DNA of 64,000 nucleotides, taken from Candidatus Pacearchaeota archaeon. GTDB lineage: Archaea > Nanobdellota > Nanobdellia > Pacearchaeales > GW2011-AR1. The stretch spans positions 13,231-77,230 of the forward strand of contig JACPLT010000001.1 of NCBI GenBank assembly GCA_016186365.1. Direction: 5' to 3'. Made by a program: the position numbers and the translations under genes. Below, piece after piece: positions 28,328-39,802 of the stretch. Position 1 is the stretch's first letter; every line of letters starts with the position of its first letter. The notes beneath the pieces were generated by a model. It saw only the letters and a list, made by a program, of their open reading frames with translations, did not search any database and had not been told where the DNA came from.

Positions 28328-31300
28328 ATGGCAACAGCAAAAGAAGAGATAAAACTTAAAGTAGTAGAAGCACTGCAAGATGATGCGTATAAGGGGATTG
28401 CAAGAGTTGACCCCGAAATAATGAGAAAGTTAGGGCTGAAAAGAGGAGACATTGTTTCTATTAAAGGGAGCAGGGAGAGTGTTGCGATTGTTGATAGAGC
28501 GTATCCTGCGGATATAGGCGAGAATATAATAAGAGTTGACGGAATTATAAGAAAAAATGCTAAAACTGGAATTGGAGAGGTGGTGGTTGTAGGACGGGCA
28601 GATATTAAAGAAGCTAAAAAAATTACAATTGCACCTGCACAAAAAGGAATCATGGTTCAGGGAGACCCAGAAGCACTAAAGCCAGGATTATTGGGGAGAG
28701 CAGTTGTCAAGGGAGATATAGTTGTTTTGGGCGGGACAGCAAGAAGAAGAGATATAATGTCTGATATGGATTTATTTAATGATATTTTTGCAGAAGCTTT
28801 TTCTGGAATGGGTGGAATGGGAGGATTTGGAGGATTTTCAGCTTCAGGAACTAAATTTATGATTGTTTCATGCAATCCCACCCAGCCTTGTATCATAACT
28901 GAAAATACTGAGATTACGCTTAATCCTAAGGCCATGGATATTTCAGAAGATAAGGTTTTTGAAGTTACATATGAAGATATAGGGGGATTGGATGAAGAGC
29001 TTAAAAAAATAAGAGAGATGGTAGAACTGCCATTAAAACATCCAGAGATATTTGAAAAGCTGGGAATAGAGCCGCCAAAAGGAGTGTTGTTGCACGGTCC
29101 GCCAGGAACAGGAAAAACTTTACTTGCTAAAGCAGTTGCAAATGAAGCAGAAGCGAATTTTATCTTATTGAATGGGCCTGAAATAATGAGCAAGTTTTAT
29201 GGGGAGAGTGAAAAAAATTTAAGAGATAAATTTGACGAAGCTGAAAAAACTGCGCCTTCAATTATTTTTATTGATGAAATTGATGCTATCGCTCCAAAAA
29301 GAGAGGAAAGTTATGGGGAAGTTGAGAGAAGGGTTGTTTCTCAGTTATTGACTATGATGGATGGGCTAAAATCAAGAGGGAAAGTTGTGGTAATTGGAGC
29401 AACTAACAGACCGAATTCAATTGATCCTGCTTTAAGAAGGCCCGGAAGATTTGACAGAGAGATAAGCATTAATGTTCCGGATAAAAGAGGAAGGCTGTCT
29501 ATACTTAAAATTCATACGAGAAATATGCCTATTGAGCCTCCAATTAAAAAGGATTATCTTGAAAATCAGATACAAACACTATCGCAGAAAAATAAAGAGC
29601 TTGAACTAGTTATTAAATTAGAAAATGATAGCGAGCTAAAAAAACAAAAAATGCAGGAATTTTTTAACAATAAAGAAGAGATAAATTATCTTCAAAAAAT
29701 CAGTGATAAGTTTAGCGGGGAAGAGAAGAAAGATGAGAAAACATCCAAAGATTTAACACATAAAGAACAAGAAACTGCAATTAATATTTTTAGAAATGGA
29801 GTGTTAGATGAACTCGCAGCAATAACTCACGGATTTGTCGGGGCAGATTTGTCTTCTTTGGCTAAGGAGGCTGCGATGAATGTTTTAAGAAAAATACTTC
29901 CTAAGATTAAGATGCAGGACGGAGAAGAAATTCCTAAGGAGATTCTTGAAAGTTTGAGAGTGACTAAGAAAGATTTTATGGAAGCTTTGAGAACAGTTCG
30001 GCCTTCTGCTATGAGAGAGGTTTTGGTTGAAACTCCCAATATTAAATGGGATGATGTTGGAGGGCTGGGTGATATTAAGCAGGAATTAATAGAAGCTGTT
30101 GAATGGCCGATGAAATTCCCAGGAAGTTTTACAAGAATGGGGATAAGGCCCCCAAGAGGGATATTATTATATGGGCCACCAGGAACAGGAAAAACTTTAT
30201 TAGCTAAAGCAGTTGCAAAGGAGAGTGAAGCTAATTTTATTCAGGTTAAGGGGCCTTCTTTGCTGTCAATGTGGGTTGGCAAAAGCCTTCCCTATAATGA
30301 AGAGTTGATTGTTAAAGAAAATGGGGCGGTAAAAAAGATGAAAATAGGGGAGATAGTTGAGAAAAGAGCAGACGTGGAAATTCTTGCTTTTGACAAGGAT
30401 AAAAAGATAGCATTTTCCAGAATAGACGATTATATCAAACATAAATTAGATACTAATTTACTTGAAATAACCACAAGAACAGGGAGAAAAATAAAAGTAA
30501 CAGATTATCACTCTTTATTTTCATTTATCAACGGCAAATTTACAGATATCCCTGCAAGCCATTTAATAGCTGGAGAAAGTTATATTGCAATCCCTAAAAA
30601 TTTGAATCTTCCTAAGGATAGGATAAAAAATGTTAATTTATATAACTATTTTAAAAATGATGAAACTATATTTTTAGCCAATATTAAAGATTATCTTATA
30701 AGAGCAAAAAAAATATTGGGATTGGGAAGAACTGCAGAATTAATGGAAGTTTCTAAAAAGTATTTGGCAGATATAATCCTGAAAAATCTTCCTGTAAAAA
30801 TAACTAATTTTGAAAATTTGATAAACGAGGCAAAATTAGCTCTTGATTTTAATGATATAAAAATTAAATTGAAGGGAAGCATAAACGAATATCCTGCAAT
30901 ATTAAATATAGATAATGATTTTTGGAGATTAATCGGGTTATGGGTTGCAGAAGGGGATTTTAACAGTTCTACAGTTAGAATTCACAATACAAACAATGAG
31001 ATTAGGGAGGATATAATCAGAATTTGCACAAAATATAAGTTTAGTATATCTGAAATGCCTACTTGCATCACTATAAATTCGTTATTTTTACAAAAAATAT
31101 TGGAAAGGGTGTTTGAATTATTCTCTGGCTCGGATGCTAAAAGAGTTCCTGCTTTATTATTTACTTTAGACAAGGGAAGCAAGGCTAATTTTTTGAAAGG
31201 ATATTTCAGCGGTGATGGCTCAATTTATCCTGCTGAAAATGGAAAATTTAAAATAGAAGCAAGCACCATAAGCAAAGAACTCGCTAACGATTTGATGTAT

Positions 31301-32374
31301 TTATTTTTAGATTTTGGGATTGTTGCCACTTGCTATGAAAAAGAGCTAAAAACCGGAAGCACTTGTTATAGAATCAGCATTTTAGGAGTAAGAAATTTTG
31401 AGAGATTTAGCGAGATAGGTTTTATAGAAAATCAGAAAAATAAAAGAATTATGGATTATGTTAATTCTAGAAAGTGGAATAGGTCTGACGTTATTCCTTT
31501 GTCTGGCGAGCTTTATGAGCTAGCTTCTCAAAGTCAAAGTGTTTATTCAACTAATAAGTCTATAGGAAAAGAGGCGCTAAAGAACATGCTGATTTTGATA
31601 GACAAAGATAAAAGTAGATATAAAGAATATTGGGAATTAGTTGAAGGAGATTTATTTTTTGATTTAGTTAAAGAAGTAAAAATAATTAATGCTGAAAATT
31701 ATGTTTATGATATATCTGTTCCGGCAGGGCAGAATTTTATTGCTGGTTTTGGAGGAGTAATTGCCCATAATAGTGAAGAAGGTGTCAGAAAAATATTTGA
31801 GAGAGCAAGACAGGTAAGTCCATGCATCATATTTTTTGATGAAATTGATTCTCTTGCTTCTAGGAGAGGCGCGGATGCTGGGGGAGGAAGAGTTACTGAG
31901 CAGGTGTTAAATCAGTTGTTAGCTGAAATGGATGGATTGGAAGAGCTGAATAATGTTATTGTAATTGGGGCGACTAATAGGCCGGATATGCTTGACCCCG
32001 CTATATTAAGGCCTGGAAGATTTGACAGAATTTTATTGGTTTCAACTCCTAACAAAGAAGGAAGATTGTCTATACTTAAAATTCACACAAAAAATATGCC
32101 TCTTGCAAAAGATGTAGATTTAGATAAGATATCTGAACTGACTGAAGGTTATGTTGGTGCGGATTTGGAGAGCTTGGCTAGAGAGGCGGCTATGCTTGCT
32201 TTAAGAGAGAATAAAGATGCAAAAGAGGTTACAAAGAAAAATTTTGAGGATGCCATGAAAAAAGTTAGACCTTCTGTAAGCAAGCAGCTGATTGATAAAT
32301 ATAAAAAGATAGAGGAAGATTATCTTAAGAATGCCAAGGCGGCGATTGAGAAAGAGGCGCAGTATTTAGGATAA
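28328..32374 (+). CDS. cdc48: CDC48/VAT AAA+ ATPase (852-aa extein plus intein)
   Basis: N-domain, two AAA modules (GPPGTGKT twice, [21 protein letters not shown]). Confidence 0.96.
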   Translation: MATAKEEIKLKVVEALQDDAYKGIARVDPEIMRKLGLKRGDIVSIKGSRESVAIVDRAYPADIGENIIRVDGIIRKNAKTGIGEVVVVGRADIKEAKKITIAPAQKGIMVQGDPEALKPGLLGRAVVKGDIVVLGGTARRRDIMSDMDLFNDIFAEAFSGMGGMGGFGGFSASGTKFMIVSCNPTQPCIITENTEITLNPKAMDISEDKVFEVTYEDIGGLDEELKKIREMVELPLKHPEIFEKLGIEPPKGVLLHGPPGTGKTLLAKAVANEAEANFILLNGPEIMSKFYGESEKNLRDKFDEAEKTAPSIIFIDEIDAIAPKREESYGEVERRVVSQLLTMMDGLKSRGKVVVIGATNRPNSIDPALRRPGRFDREISINVPDKRGRLSILKIHTRNMPIEPPIKKDYLENQIQTLSQKNKELELVIKLENDSELKKQKMQEFFNNKEEINYLQKISDKFSGEEKKDEKTSKDLTHKEQETAINIFRNGVLDELAAITHGFVGADLSSLAKEAAMNVLRKILPKIKMQDGEEIPKEILESLRVTKKDFMEALRTVRPSAMREVLVETPNIKWDDVGGLGDIKQELIEAVEWPMKFPGSFTRMGIRPPRGILLYGPPGTGKTLLAKAVAKESEANFIQVKGPSLLSMWVGKSLPYNEELIVKENGAVKKMKIGEIVEKRADVEILAFDKDKKIAFSRIDDYIKHKLDTNLLEITTRTGRKIKVTDYHSLFSFINGKFTDIPASHLIAGESYIAIPKNLNLPKDRIKNVNLYNYFKNDETIFLANIKDYLIRAKKILGLGRTAELMEVSKKYLADIILKNLPVKITNFENLINEAKLALDFNDIKIKLKGSINEYPAILNIDNDFWRLIGLWVAEGDFNSSTVRIHNTNNEIREDIIRICTKYKFSISEMPTCITINSLFLQKILERVFELFSGSDAKRVPALLFTLDKGSKANFLKGYFSGDGSIYPAENGKFKIEASTISKELANDLMYLFLDFGIVATCYEKELKTGSTCYRISILGVRNFERFSEIGFIENQKNKRIMDYVNSRKWNRSDVIPLSGELYELASQSQSVYSTNKSIGKEALKNMLILIDKDKSRYKEYWELVEGDLFFDLVKEVKIINAENYVYDISVPAGQNFIAGFGGVIAHNSEEGVRKIFERARQVSPCIIFFDEIDSLASRRGADAGGGRVTEQVLNQLLAEMDGLEELNNVIVIGATNRPDMLDPAILRPGRFDRILLVSTPNKEGRLSILKIHTKNMPLAKDVDLDKISELTEGYVGADLESLAREAAMLALRENKDAKEVTKKNFEDAMKKVRPSVSKQLIDKYKKIEEDYLKNAKAAIEKEAQYLG
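30284..31771 (+). mobile_element. 496-aa intein with LAGLIDADG homing endonuclease
   Basis: WVGK|SLPY...TDYHSLF...IGLWVAEG...LKGYFSGDG...VYDISV...AHN|SEEG. Confidence 0.93.
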
Positions 32375-32770
32375 CTTTTTTTGATTAAAAATTTGTTCTG
32401 AATGAGTTTCTATCAACTCTCTTAATTCTTTAACTACATTTTTTTTATTTTTTATATCTTCACAGGAAAAGAATTTCATGCTTTTGCCCTCGTTTAAGAT
32501 AACTTTTTTGCCATCCCAGACAAAATCTGCAATAAAAATATAATATCTTTTATTTTTAATATCTTTTTCTATCAACAATTTGAAATGATTCATGTCTAGA
32601 TGAATGCTTAACTCTTCGTTTATCTCTCTTATAATTGCTTCTTCGGGAGTTTCGCCTTTTTCTATCCCTCCTCCAAAAATCCCCCACATATTTGGATTTT
32701 TGCAATGTTCATCTCTTAGCTGAAGAAGAATTTTATTCTCTTTCTTTAATATTATTCCAGCGTAATCCAT
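32366..32770 (-). CDS. NUDIX hydrolase
   Basis: [22 protein letters not shown]. Confidence 0.92.
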   Translation of the reverse strand: MDYAGIILKKENKILLQLRDEHCKNPNMWGIFGGGIEKGETPEEAIIREINEELSIHLDMNHFKLLIEKDIKNKRYYIFIADFVWDGKKVILNEGKSMKFFSCEDIKNKKNVVKELRELIETHSEQIFNQKKLS

Positions 32771-32844
32771 AAAAATAATTATGTTTTTTTGATATTTAAA
32801 TATTCCTTAAGAAAATTGTCCACGCCATAATTTAGGATAGTTTT

Positions 32845-33039
32845 TTATTCAGATAATATTTCTTTTATCTGCTGTTCATTCAAATATTTCAAGAAATCTT
32901 CTAACTCTCCCTCTTTGAGTGTTCCTGCAATTCCAGTTATTCCATAGGCAATTACTCTTAAATCTTGCTTTTGGCATGTTTTTCCGAATATGCCTTCTAC
33001 TCTTTTGTATATTCTTGCGTATAAGCTGGTATCACTCAT
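32845..33039 (-). CDS. Hypothetical protein
   Basis: 64 aa, tightly packed in the operon. Confidence 0.55.
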   Translation of the reverse strand: MSDTSLYARIYKRVEGIFGKTCQKQDLRVIAYGITGIAGTLKEGELEDFLKYLNEQQIKEILSE

Positions 33040-33049
33040 TTTTATTTTT

Positions 33050-33472
33050 TTAACTACTAAGCATAATTTCTTGCAATGTAGGCAGGTCTGTCATTCCCAT
33101 TAATCTTTTTGCTGATTCAAAAATGTAATTATCCGACCCATCACTGCCAGTATCCCTGATATCTTGAAAAAATCCGTCACCTTGTACAAATGGCGTGAAT
33201 TCCCCATTTCTAAATTCAGGAAAATTTTCTAATAAGTCAAAGTAAATAGCTAAAAGAAAATCTTCCATTAGTGCTTTGTTTCTTATTTTTTCTTTACTGC
33301 TTTCTTTTACTATACTAATACAAGCTTTAGTATTCCCTACTATATGATTAAAGTGGTATCCCCCGCGTGTAAGCCCATTAGGAAAACCATATTTACTTGG
33401 AAATTGTTTTTTTCTATTGTCCCAATATTTATTTCTTTCTTGAAGTAATTGAATCAATCTATCTTTTGTCAT
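33050..33472 (-). CDS. Hypothetical protein
   Basis: 140 aa, directly after map. Confidence 0.65.
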   Translation of the reverse strand: MTKDRLIQLLQERNKYWDNRKKQFPSKYGFPNGLTRGGYHFNHIVGNTKACISIVKESSKEKIRNKALMEDFLLAIYFDLLENFPEFRNGEFTPFVQGDGFFQDIRDTGSDGSDNYIFESAKRLMGMTDLPTLQEIMLSS

Positions 33473-33475
33473 TTT

Positions 33476-34366
33476 TTATCTTGTAGTAACTTCTATCTGA
33501 TTATCGTATATTATTATAGTGTGCTCGGATTGAGCCACATTTTTTCTTGAGGTTTCTATTAACTGGGGAAACTGGTGAATTACTCCTGATTTTTCCAACA
33601 ATGATAGAGATATGACTGCACGAGTTCCGAATTTTTTAATTATCCAGCGGGAAGCGAAAGGAAGAGTTTTATAATTTTCTTCAATATATTTTAGAATTTC
33701 TCTGGCTAGGGCGTCTCTTATTGCTTTTCTTTCTTTAAACATATAAATTCCAGAAGGTTTTCCGTCATGAACTTTGCCCTCTCCTTTTGTTGAAAATGGC
33801 TCAATAGCATAAGCCCCATCTCTTAGCTTTGTCTTGCTGTTGTTGTCGCAATTCGGAATTGTCAGCCCTGCATGAACTTTATAACTATCAAGCTCGTGTC
33901 CGCAGAGATTTATTATTGGAGTGAAATTATAAGAGGCGATTGTTTTTTGGATTGTTTCTCCTATTTTGCATAACTCTGCATCTTTTTTTGCTATTTTTAA
34001 TGCTGATTCAACAGCTTTATCTGCAGCTTCAATCAGTTTTTTATTTTCTTCGTTATTTTCTAAATCTAACGAAAAAGCAGTATCTGCAATTTTTCCATTA
34101 ACATGAACCCCTATGTCTATTTTTAGCAATCCTCTTGCTGTTTCATTGTCATTATAATTGGGGGTGTAATGAGCTGCGATTTCGTTTATCGATAAGTTTA
34201 CAGGGAAAGCGGGCTTTCCTCCTAACTCTAGAATTTTATTTTCTATTTTTTCTGTTATTTCTAATAATAGAACTCCTGGTTTGATAATTGATTTTGCGAA
34301 ACTTCTGGCTTGAGAGGCGATTTTCCCGGCTTTTTTATATTGTTCTATTTCTTCTTGTTTCATCAA
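33476..34366 (-). CDS. map: Methionine aminopeptidase type II
   Basis: AFPVNLSINEIAAHYTP, KIDIGVHVNG.IADTA, NLCGH, AIEPF, AQSEHT. Confidence 0.96.
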   Translation of the reverse strand: MMKQEEIEQYKKAGKIASQARSFAKSIIKPGVLLLEITEKIENKILELGGKPAFPVNLSINEIAAHYTPNYNDNETARGLLKIDIGVHVNGKIADTAFSLDLENNEENKKLIEAADKAVESALKIAKKDAELCKIGETIQKTIASYNFTPIINLCGHELDSYKVHAGLTIPNCDNNSKTKLRDGAYAIEPFSTKGEGKVHDGKPSGIYMFKERKAIRDALAREILKYIEENYKTLPFASRWIIKKFGTRAVISLSLLEKSGVIHQFPQLIETSRKNVAQSEHTIIIYDNQIEVTTR

Positions 34367-34394
34367 TTTTTAAAGATGCTCTATTTTATATATA

Positions 34395-34847
34395 TTATGG
34401 TTTTATTCTTCTTTCTCTCGGCATAAGATTAGATATTCTATTATTTGAGTATTTTCCGCAGCCAATTAGATTATTTTTGTTTTTTAGTATTATAAATCTT
34501 GAAGCGGTTTCTGAACTCGTATATTCAATATCTTTTCCTGTGAGCCAGTCTTCTGCCTGCTTGTCTGAAAGGTCAATTATATTTTTTGTGGGATTAAGAA
34601 GGTTTATTGCGTCAAAAGAAAGAAGAATTCCGTCCTTTTCCTCTCTTAGCAAATGCAGTCCTATGGATTCTATTCTTATCTCATTGTTCATTTTTGAAAG
34701 CTCTTCTTTGCTGAATATCCCGGAATAAGCATAGATATCGCTGCCAAATCTTATCAATAAGTATGGAAGATGGCTGATGCCAAAATTCTCTTCAATTTTC
34801 TCTATTATTTTTTTCTTTTCTGTGTTTTTTATCAGTTCTATTCTCAT
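34395..34847 (-). CDS. NIP7/PUA-like RNA-binding partner of the m5C methylase
   Basis: IDLSDKQAEDWLTGKDI...IGCGK...NLMPRERR; adjacent to the NOP2-like gene. Confidence 0.75.
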   Translation of the reverse strand: MRIELIKNTEKKKIIEKIEENFGISHLPYLLIRFGSDIYAYSGIFSKEELSKMNNEIRIESIGLHLLREEKDGILLSFDAINLLNPTKNIIDLSDKQAEDWLTGKDIEYTSSETASRFIILKNKNNLIGCGKYSNNRISNLMPRERRIKP

Positions 34848-35284
34848 TTTAATATTTTCTCCATAACTAATTTATCATCTCCATTTTTGTAATGTCTCTT
34901 TTTTATTTTTGATATTTGAAAACCCTGTTTTTTATATACATGAATAGCAGGATAATTTTTAGACCATACTTGCACTTGAATGACTTTTGCATTTTTCTTT
35001 GCAAGATTTACAGCAAATTTTAAAAGTTTTGTTCCGATTCCTTTATTATGATATTTCTTTCTTATGGATAGAAAATCTAAATGTGCTTTTTTATTTCTAA
35101 ATGCTAATACAAAATAACCACTTATTTCTTTGCTTGAAATTATGTAGACTAGGTTTTTTGATTTGAAAAATTTATTTACAATTTTTAATTCTTCTTTTTT
35201 ACTCTCTCTCCATTTATAACCACTATTACATTCTATATCTGCAATTTGTTCCGCGTCTTTTATTGTTGCTTTTCTTATTTTCAT
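34844..35284 (-). CDS. RimI-like GNAT acetyltransferase
   Basis: IRKAT, YHNKGIGTKLL, NYPAIHVYKKQGF, HYKNGDD. Confidence 0.88.
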   Translation of the reverse strand: MKIRKATIKDAEQIADIECNSGYKWRESKKEELKIVNKFFKSKNLVYIISSKEISGYFVLAFRNKKAHLDFLSIRKKYHNKGIGTKLLKFAVNLAKKNAKVIQVQVWSKNYPAIHVYKKQGFQISKIKKRHYKNGDDKLVMEKILK

Positions 35285-36237
35285 TTTTCACCCCGGAATT
35301 TTAGTTTAGCAAGGAAAAATCCTTCTGTATTGTTATCCTGGGGATAAATCCTGTGGCAATTTTCCATTCCTTTCTTAAATATTTCTCCCTGCCATTCTGC
35401 AATTCCCTGCCTGCATTTTATCGGGAGAGAAATTTTTTCTGTTTCCATATTAAATCTTTCTATTAGAAATGAGATATTTTTTTCGTTTTCTTCTGGAGAG
35501 TGAGTGCAGGTGGAATAAACTAAACTGCCATTCTCTTTTAGCAATGGAACTGCTGATGAGATAATCTTTTTTTGAATTCTGCTTAGCTTTTTTATCATGT
35601 TAAGGTTCCACATTTCCAGTGTTTTTGGTGAGCTTCTAAGTGTTCCCTCTCCTGAACAGGGGACATCAAGCAATATTTTATCAAATTTTATCCCTAATTT
35701 TTCAAGTTTTTTGCATAGAATTACTGCGTCGTGCCTTGTTATTATGCTGTTAGTTGAGCCGCATCTCTGAAGATTAGCTGAAAGAATAGCTGTCCTTACA
35801 TTATCTTTGTCATTTGCCAGAATTATTCCTGTATTTTTCATCAGCGATACTGCATAAGTTGTTTTGCTTCCTGGTGAGGCGCATAAATCCAGGACTAACT
35901 CTCCTGGACTGGGGTTGAGGGCAATAATAGACATCATGCTTGAAATTTCCTGAACATAATATTCTCCAAGAATGTGCTCTATGCTTTTTCCTAATTCTCC
36001 TGGAGATAGTTCTGATTCTACAAGTAGAATCTCTTTATACTGCGGATATGGCTGGGAAATCTTCCAGCCCTTGCTTTCCAGTTTGTTTTTTAAAATTTCA
36101 GGAGAAATTTTTATTGTGTTGCATCTTATTGAATTTTGAGGGGGAATATGGATAATCTGCCAGAAAGCTTTCTTGTCTTCTTCATCTTTCAGCAAAGAGT
36201 TCATTCTTTGTTCAAATAGGGGTTTTGGGGTATACAT
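35281..36237 (-). CDS. RsmB/NOP2 family RNA m5C methyltransferase
   Basis: YYVQEISSM, LDLCASPGSKT, ILLDVPCSGEG, VYSTCT..PEENE, EGFF.AK. Confidence 0.95.
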   Translation of the reverse strand: MYTPKPLFEQRMNSLLKDEEDKKAFWQIIHIPPQNSIRCNTIKISPEILKNKLESKGWKISQPYPQYKEILLVESELSPGELGKSIEHILGEYYVQEISSMMSIIALNPSPGELVLDLCASPGSKTTYAVSLMKNTGIILANDKDNVRTAILSANLQRCGSTNSIITRHDAVILCKKLEKLGIKFDKILLDVPCSGEGTLRSSPKTLEMWNLNMIKKLSRIQKKIISSAVPLLKENGSLVYSTCTHSPEENEKNISFLIERFNMETEKISLPIKCRQGIAEWQGEIFKKGMENCHRIYPQDNNTEGFFLAKLKFRGEK

Positions 36238-36267
36238 AAATTTAGAAGAAAACTTGAGTTTTTATAT

Positions 36268-36741
36268 CTATTTTTTTCTTCTGTATGTTCCTGCTCTTAT
36301 ATGTCTTAATATTTTATATCCTGAAACCTCTTTTGCAGGGAGATATTTTGCAGGATGTTTTTCAAAATCGGGATTTAATAATCTGTTTAATCTTCCTGTT
36401 AATCCTTTTTTTCTTTCTAATACCCATAAATCAAAATTTCTTGAATCCTCTGCCTTGCATACTAATCTGCTTCCTGATTTTATTAAATTATACCATTCTT
36501 GAGATTCTCCTTCATAAGAAGAATCTTCTTGATTTTCCTGGTCCATAGAGAGAATTAGAGGCTCTGAAAAAGAGCTTTCATCAACTTTGACTGATAAAAG
36601 CTTCTCATTTCTTTTTCCTTCGGATAATACCTGATTTGCACTACTAACTTTATAATACACATAACTGGCAAGAGTTTGTTTTGCCATTGTTTTTATAAGT
36701 ATCTTTGGCTTATAAGGATTGCTGTGATTAAAAACAATCAA
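36268..36741 (-). CDS. Hypothetical protein
   Basis: ORF downstream of polB; start uncertain (MAKQ...). Confidence 0.55.
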   Translation of the reverse strand: MIVFNHSNPYKPKILIKTMAKQTLASYVYYKVSSANQVLSEGKRNEKLLSVKVDESSFSEPLILSMDQENQEDSSYEGESQEWYNLIKSGSRLVCKAEDSRNFDLWVLERKKGLTGRLNRLLNPDFEKHPAKYLPAKEVSGYKILRHIRAGTYRRKK

Positions 36742-39284
36742 AATCCAGAAAGCTTTGTCTGCTTTCTGCCTTCTGCGAGCTCTTTGATATTTATGCTGAA
36801 AACATCGAAGATGTTTTCTACTGCCGGAATAATCTGATGATTAAGATAATAATCCAGATTATATTCCCCTTTTTCATCTGGAAGCTTGACTTTTTCTCTG
36901 ACAAGGGATTTTTTCTCGCGGGTTTCTGCAATAAAATAATGAATTAACATTCCGATATCTACGGGCATTCCTACCTGCTTCATTTTTTCTGCTGCTATTA
37001 CATGAGGAGTTATTGATTTATATTCTGAAAGAGGTTTTTTTAGCTGGGTTCTAATCATTATTTCTTCTCTCTGCACTTTTCTTTCTTTTAAATTTTTGAT
37101 TGTTTTCTTGACTAGTTCCAGAGCTTCTTTTTCATTACCTTGCTTTAATATTAATTCTAAAACTTTGCTCTGAAGCGCTCTTGCAAGAGGACACCAATCT
37201 CTTCTTACGGTTTCAAATCCGCGGATTTTCATCTTATTATTTTCGGTAATTAAAGCATATTTTTTTTTCGCGCCAGTGTCTGTTGTTTTTTTGGCAACCC
37301 AGATTCCTCTTTTATAAAAATCTTCTAATTCGAGAGCCATAATTCCAGGAAGATTTTTGTTTATTTTTTCTAGAAGTTCCAGGGCGCGTTCTTTTGTTTT
37401 ATTTTCTAGGATAAATGCAATTGAATCTGTATCTGAATAAACAACCTTGTATTCTGCTTTCTGTATTTTTTCTATAACCTCAAGAATATTTTTTCTTGAT
37501 AGTGCGGCTGTGGAAGCTGCAGCTTCTCTGCAATAATATCTGGCTCCAAAAAATCCCTGATAGCCATAGGCTGCATTTGCAATCAGTTTATAAGCATTGC
37601 TTCTAGCTTTTGTTATGGGGGAGGGATTTTTCTTGTATTCGGATTTATATTTTTTTCTTTTTTCTATTATTTTTTCTAATAAGTCTGGAAAAAATCCTTT
37701 TAATTTTGAGAAATATACAAGCCCTTCTTCTCCTAAATTCACTTCTAATGCATTTTTTTCTTTTTTCTTTAAAAATGTTGAAAGCGATAGATTATAACTT
37801 ACTATCACAGAAGAATACATACTGGTAAAATCAAAAAATGCGAGGTTTTCATATAATCCTGGAGTTGGCTGGAAAACAAAAGCTCCTTCATATTTTCCGA
37901 GATTTCTTCTTTTTCCTATTTCTTCATGAATTGGGCGTTTTTCTGCAATTTCATTATATTCATCAAGATTATGGAGAATATAACTTTCTACCAGCTGGGA
38001 CATGCCATTTCTTGTTATGTCAAAAATAGGCTCTTGAATAATCTTGCTTATCTCCAGGACATCGGGCCAGAGTTTTTCTGCAAGAAGAAAAGTTATCTTT
38101 GAGTCATGAAGATTATAATCAAAGAAATCTTTCCAATCTTCCTGACTTAGCTTATTCTGGGGTTTGAATTCAAACTCTTTTTTTCCCAATCCCAATAATT
38201 CTGAAGCAACTTCATCTAAGCCGAGTGTTTCTGACTGAAGATATTGTGAGAAGATGGTTTCTATAAATCTGAATAAGTCAATATGAACAATGCCAAAGAT
38301 ATTACCTGAGGATATCCTGCCTCTTGCAAATGAGGGCTGGGAGTTGTCTAATCCTAGGGAGAGTTTTATTCTATTGTATTCTGCTCTTGCTCTTAAATAA
38401 GGCAGGTCAAATCCGTCTGAAAAATATCCTACTAGGAAGTCAGGAGAGAGCTTTTTTACGTATTCTACAAATTTTTCAAGCATTTCTGCCTCGCTTGAGA
38501 AGCATTCTACGAAATCCTGCTTTTTTGTGCATTTTTTCCAGGTAAGAACTTTTTTATAGAAAATTCTGTTGGCGGTATCCCTCTTTTCGCAGAATTTTCT
38601 ATCTGGATAATTCTGGAACAACGTGCTAGGATTAACAGAATTATCCATAAAAGATTCAGAATAAAGAGAAATCATCAGTATTTCACCCTTTCCTATTTCA
38701 AATTCCTCTGCTTCTATATCAAATGCTAATATTTTTGGATTGAATTCTTTATCTGGGATTTTTTCTATTTTTTCTGCCATAATGCAGAAATCCGCATCAA
38801 TTGAAGTTATTCCTGAGAAATCCGAACTTCCTGTGAGAATTTCTCCTTCTGCAGAATACCATTCCATTGGATTAATCTCTTTTTCTTTTATGTATTTTGT
38901 AATTAGGGGAATATCATACTCTCTTCTGGCAATAATTTCTTTGTAATCTAACAGCTCTGCAATTTTATGGGAATCTTTATGATTTGTTATAAAAATTTTG
39001 AATGCTTTTACTTGTTTGCCTAGGAAATTTTTTTCTTCTAAAGAGATTTTTTCTACTTTTGTTGTTCTTGATGGCAGTTCTATCCTCTTTTTTTCTATCT
39101 CTTTTTTTAGCTCCTCAATCTTTTTATCGCCTGTTTTTTCATCTAAAATCGCATAGAATGAGGCAGGGAAATAATCAATTATACACACTCTTTTATTCTC
39201 TTTAGTCCTGCCTATCATTATTACATAATTTTTTCCATGATAATCAATATAGTCATAATATATGGGGGTGAATTCTAGTTTCAT
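36738..39284 (-). CDS. polB: Family B DNA polymerase with a 31-aa hairpin-derived insertion
   Basis: ExoI FDIE, ExoII FDLPY, DFTSMYSS, KLIANAAYGY, YSDTDS, KKKY, RGFETVRRDW, C-terminal PIP-like QTKLSGF. Confidence 0.96.
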   Translation of the reverse strand: MKLEFTPIYYDYIDYHGKNYVIMIGRTKENKRVCIIDYFPASFYAILDEKTGDKKIEELKKEIEKKRIELPSRTTKVEKISLEEKNFLGKQVKAFKIFITNHKDSHKIAELLDYKEIIARREYDIPLITKYIKEKEINPMEWYSAEGEILTGSSDFSGITSIDADFCIMAEKIEKIPDKEFNPKILAFDIEAEEFEIGKGEILMISLYSESFMDNSVNPSTLFQNYPDRKFCEKRDTANRIFYKKVLTWKKCTKKQDFVECFSSEAEMLEKFVEYVKKLSPDFLVGYFSDGFDLPYLRARAEYNRIKLSLGLDNSQPSFARGRISSGNIFGIVHIDLFRFIETIFSQYLQSETLGLDEVASELLGLGKKEFEFKPQNKLSQEDWKDFFDYNLHDSKITFLLAEKLWPDVLEISKIIQEPIFDITRNGMSQLVESYILHNLDEYNEIAEKRPIHEEIGKRRNLGKYEGAFVFQPTPGLYENLAFFDFTSMYSSVIVSYNLSLSTFLKKKEKNALEVNLGEEGLVYFSKLKGFFPDLLEKIIEKRKKYKSEYKKNPSPITKARSNAYKLIANAAYGYQGFFGARYYCREAAASTAALSRKNILEVIEKIQKAEYKVVYSDTDSIAFILENKTKERALELLEKINKNLPGIMALELEDFYKRGIWVAKKTTDTGAKKKYALITENNKMKIRGFETVRRDWCPLARALQSKVLELILKQGNEKEALELVKKTIKNLKERKVQREEIMIRTQLKKPLSEYKSITPHVIAAEKMKQVGMPVDIGMLIHYFIAETREKKSLVREKVKLPDEKGEYNLDYYLNHQIIPAVENIFDVFSINIKELAEGRKQTKLSGF
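38556..38648. repeat. 93-bp in-frame double-hairpin insertion in polB
   Basis: atagaaaattctg...cagaattttctat and tggataattctg...cagaattatcca. Confidence 0.8.
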
Positions 39285-39388
39285 TAACTTTTAAAATAAA
39301 ATAAATATTTAAGCTTACTTAAAACTAAATGTTACTAATAAGGAGTAACAATAGTAAGATTTATAAATAGGGATTTTGTTTATGGGAT

Positions 39389-39802
39389 ATGACAAGAAGA
39401 ATGACTGCAGGAGTGGCTTCAAATAAAGCTCATAAAAGTTATCATCCTTTTATGGTGAGGGGTGCGTTGACTTTAGAAGAAATGGATGAAAAATTTGGAC
39501 CTGTGGAAGTTCCAAAACCTATTCAATTAAGAATGTTTGATGAAAGTCAAGAGATTCTTGATGAAGTAGCAAAAAGAGTTCATTTTACTGGTGGAAAGTA
39601 TAATCCTTCTAAGGTTTATTCAGCATTAAGATATATTAAAGGTATGGACGAATTAAGAATAAAGTTAATTGGGCTTGGTGTAAGAGTAAGTGGCGAAGAG
39701 AAAACTTGGAAAATCAAAGAAAGATTAATAGAATATTTTGAAAGATATCACCCTGAATTATACTGTAAGGAATATTTTTCTGAAGGCAAACAAGGAAAAT
39801 GA
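39389..39802 (+). CDS. Hypothetical protein
   Basis: 137 aa, TTTATAAA box upstream, overlaps the next gene (ATGA). Confidence 0.7.
   Translation: MTRRMTAGVASNKAHKSYHPFMVRGALTLEEMDEKFGPVEVPKPIQLRMFDESQEILDEVAKRVHFTGGKYNPSKVYSALRYIKGMDELRIKLIGLGVRVSGEEKTWKIKERLIEYFERYHPELYCKEYFSEGKQGK

Noticed and set aside
29520-29800. Extra insertion in CDC48 D1 lid (IEPPIKKD...RNG)
   Set aside because: No intein motifs or palindromes; helical insertions at this position are known in archaeal CDC48 proteins
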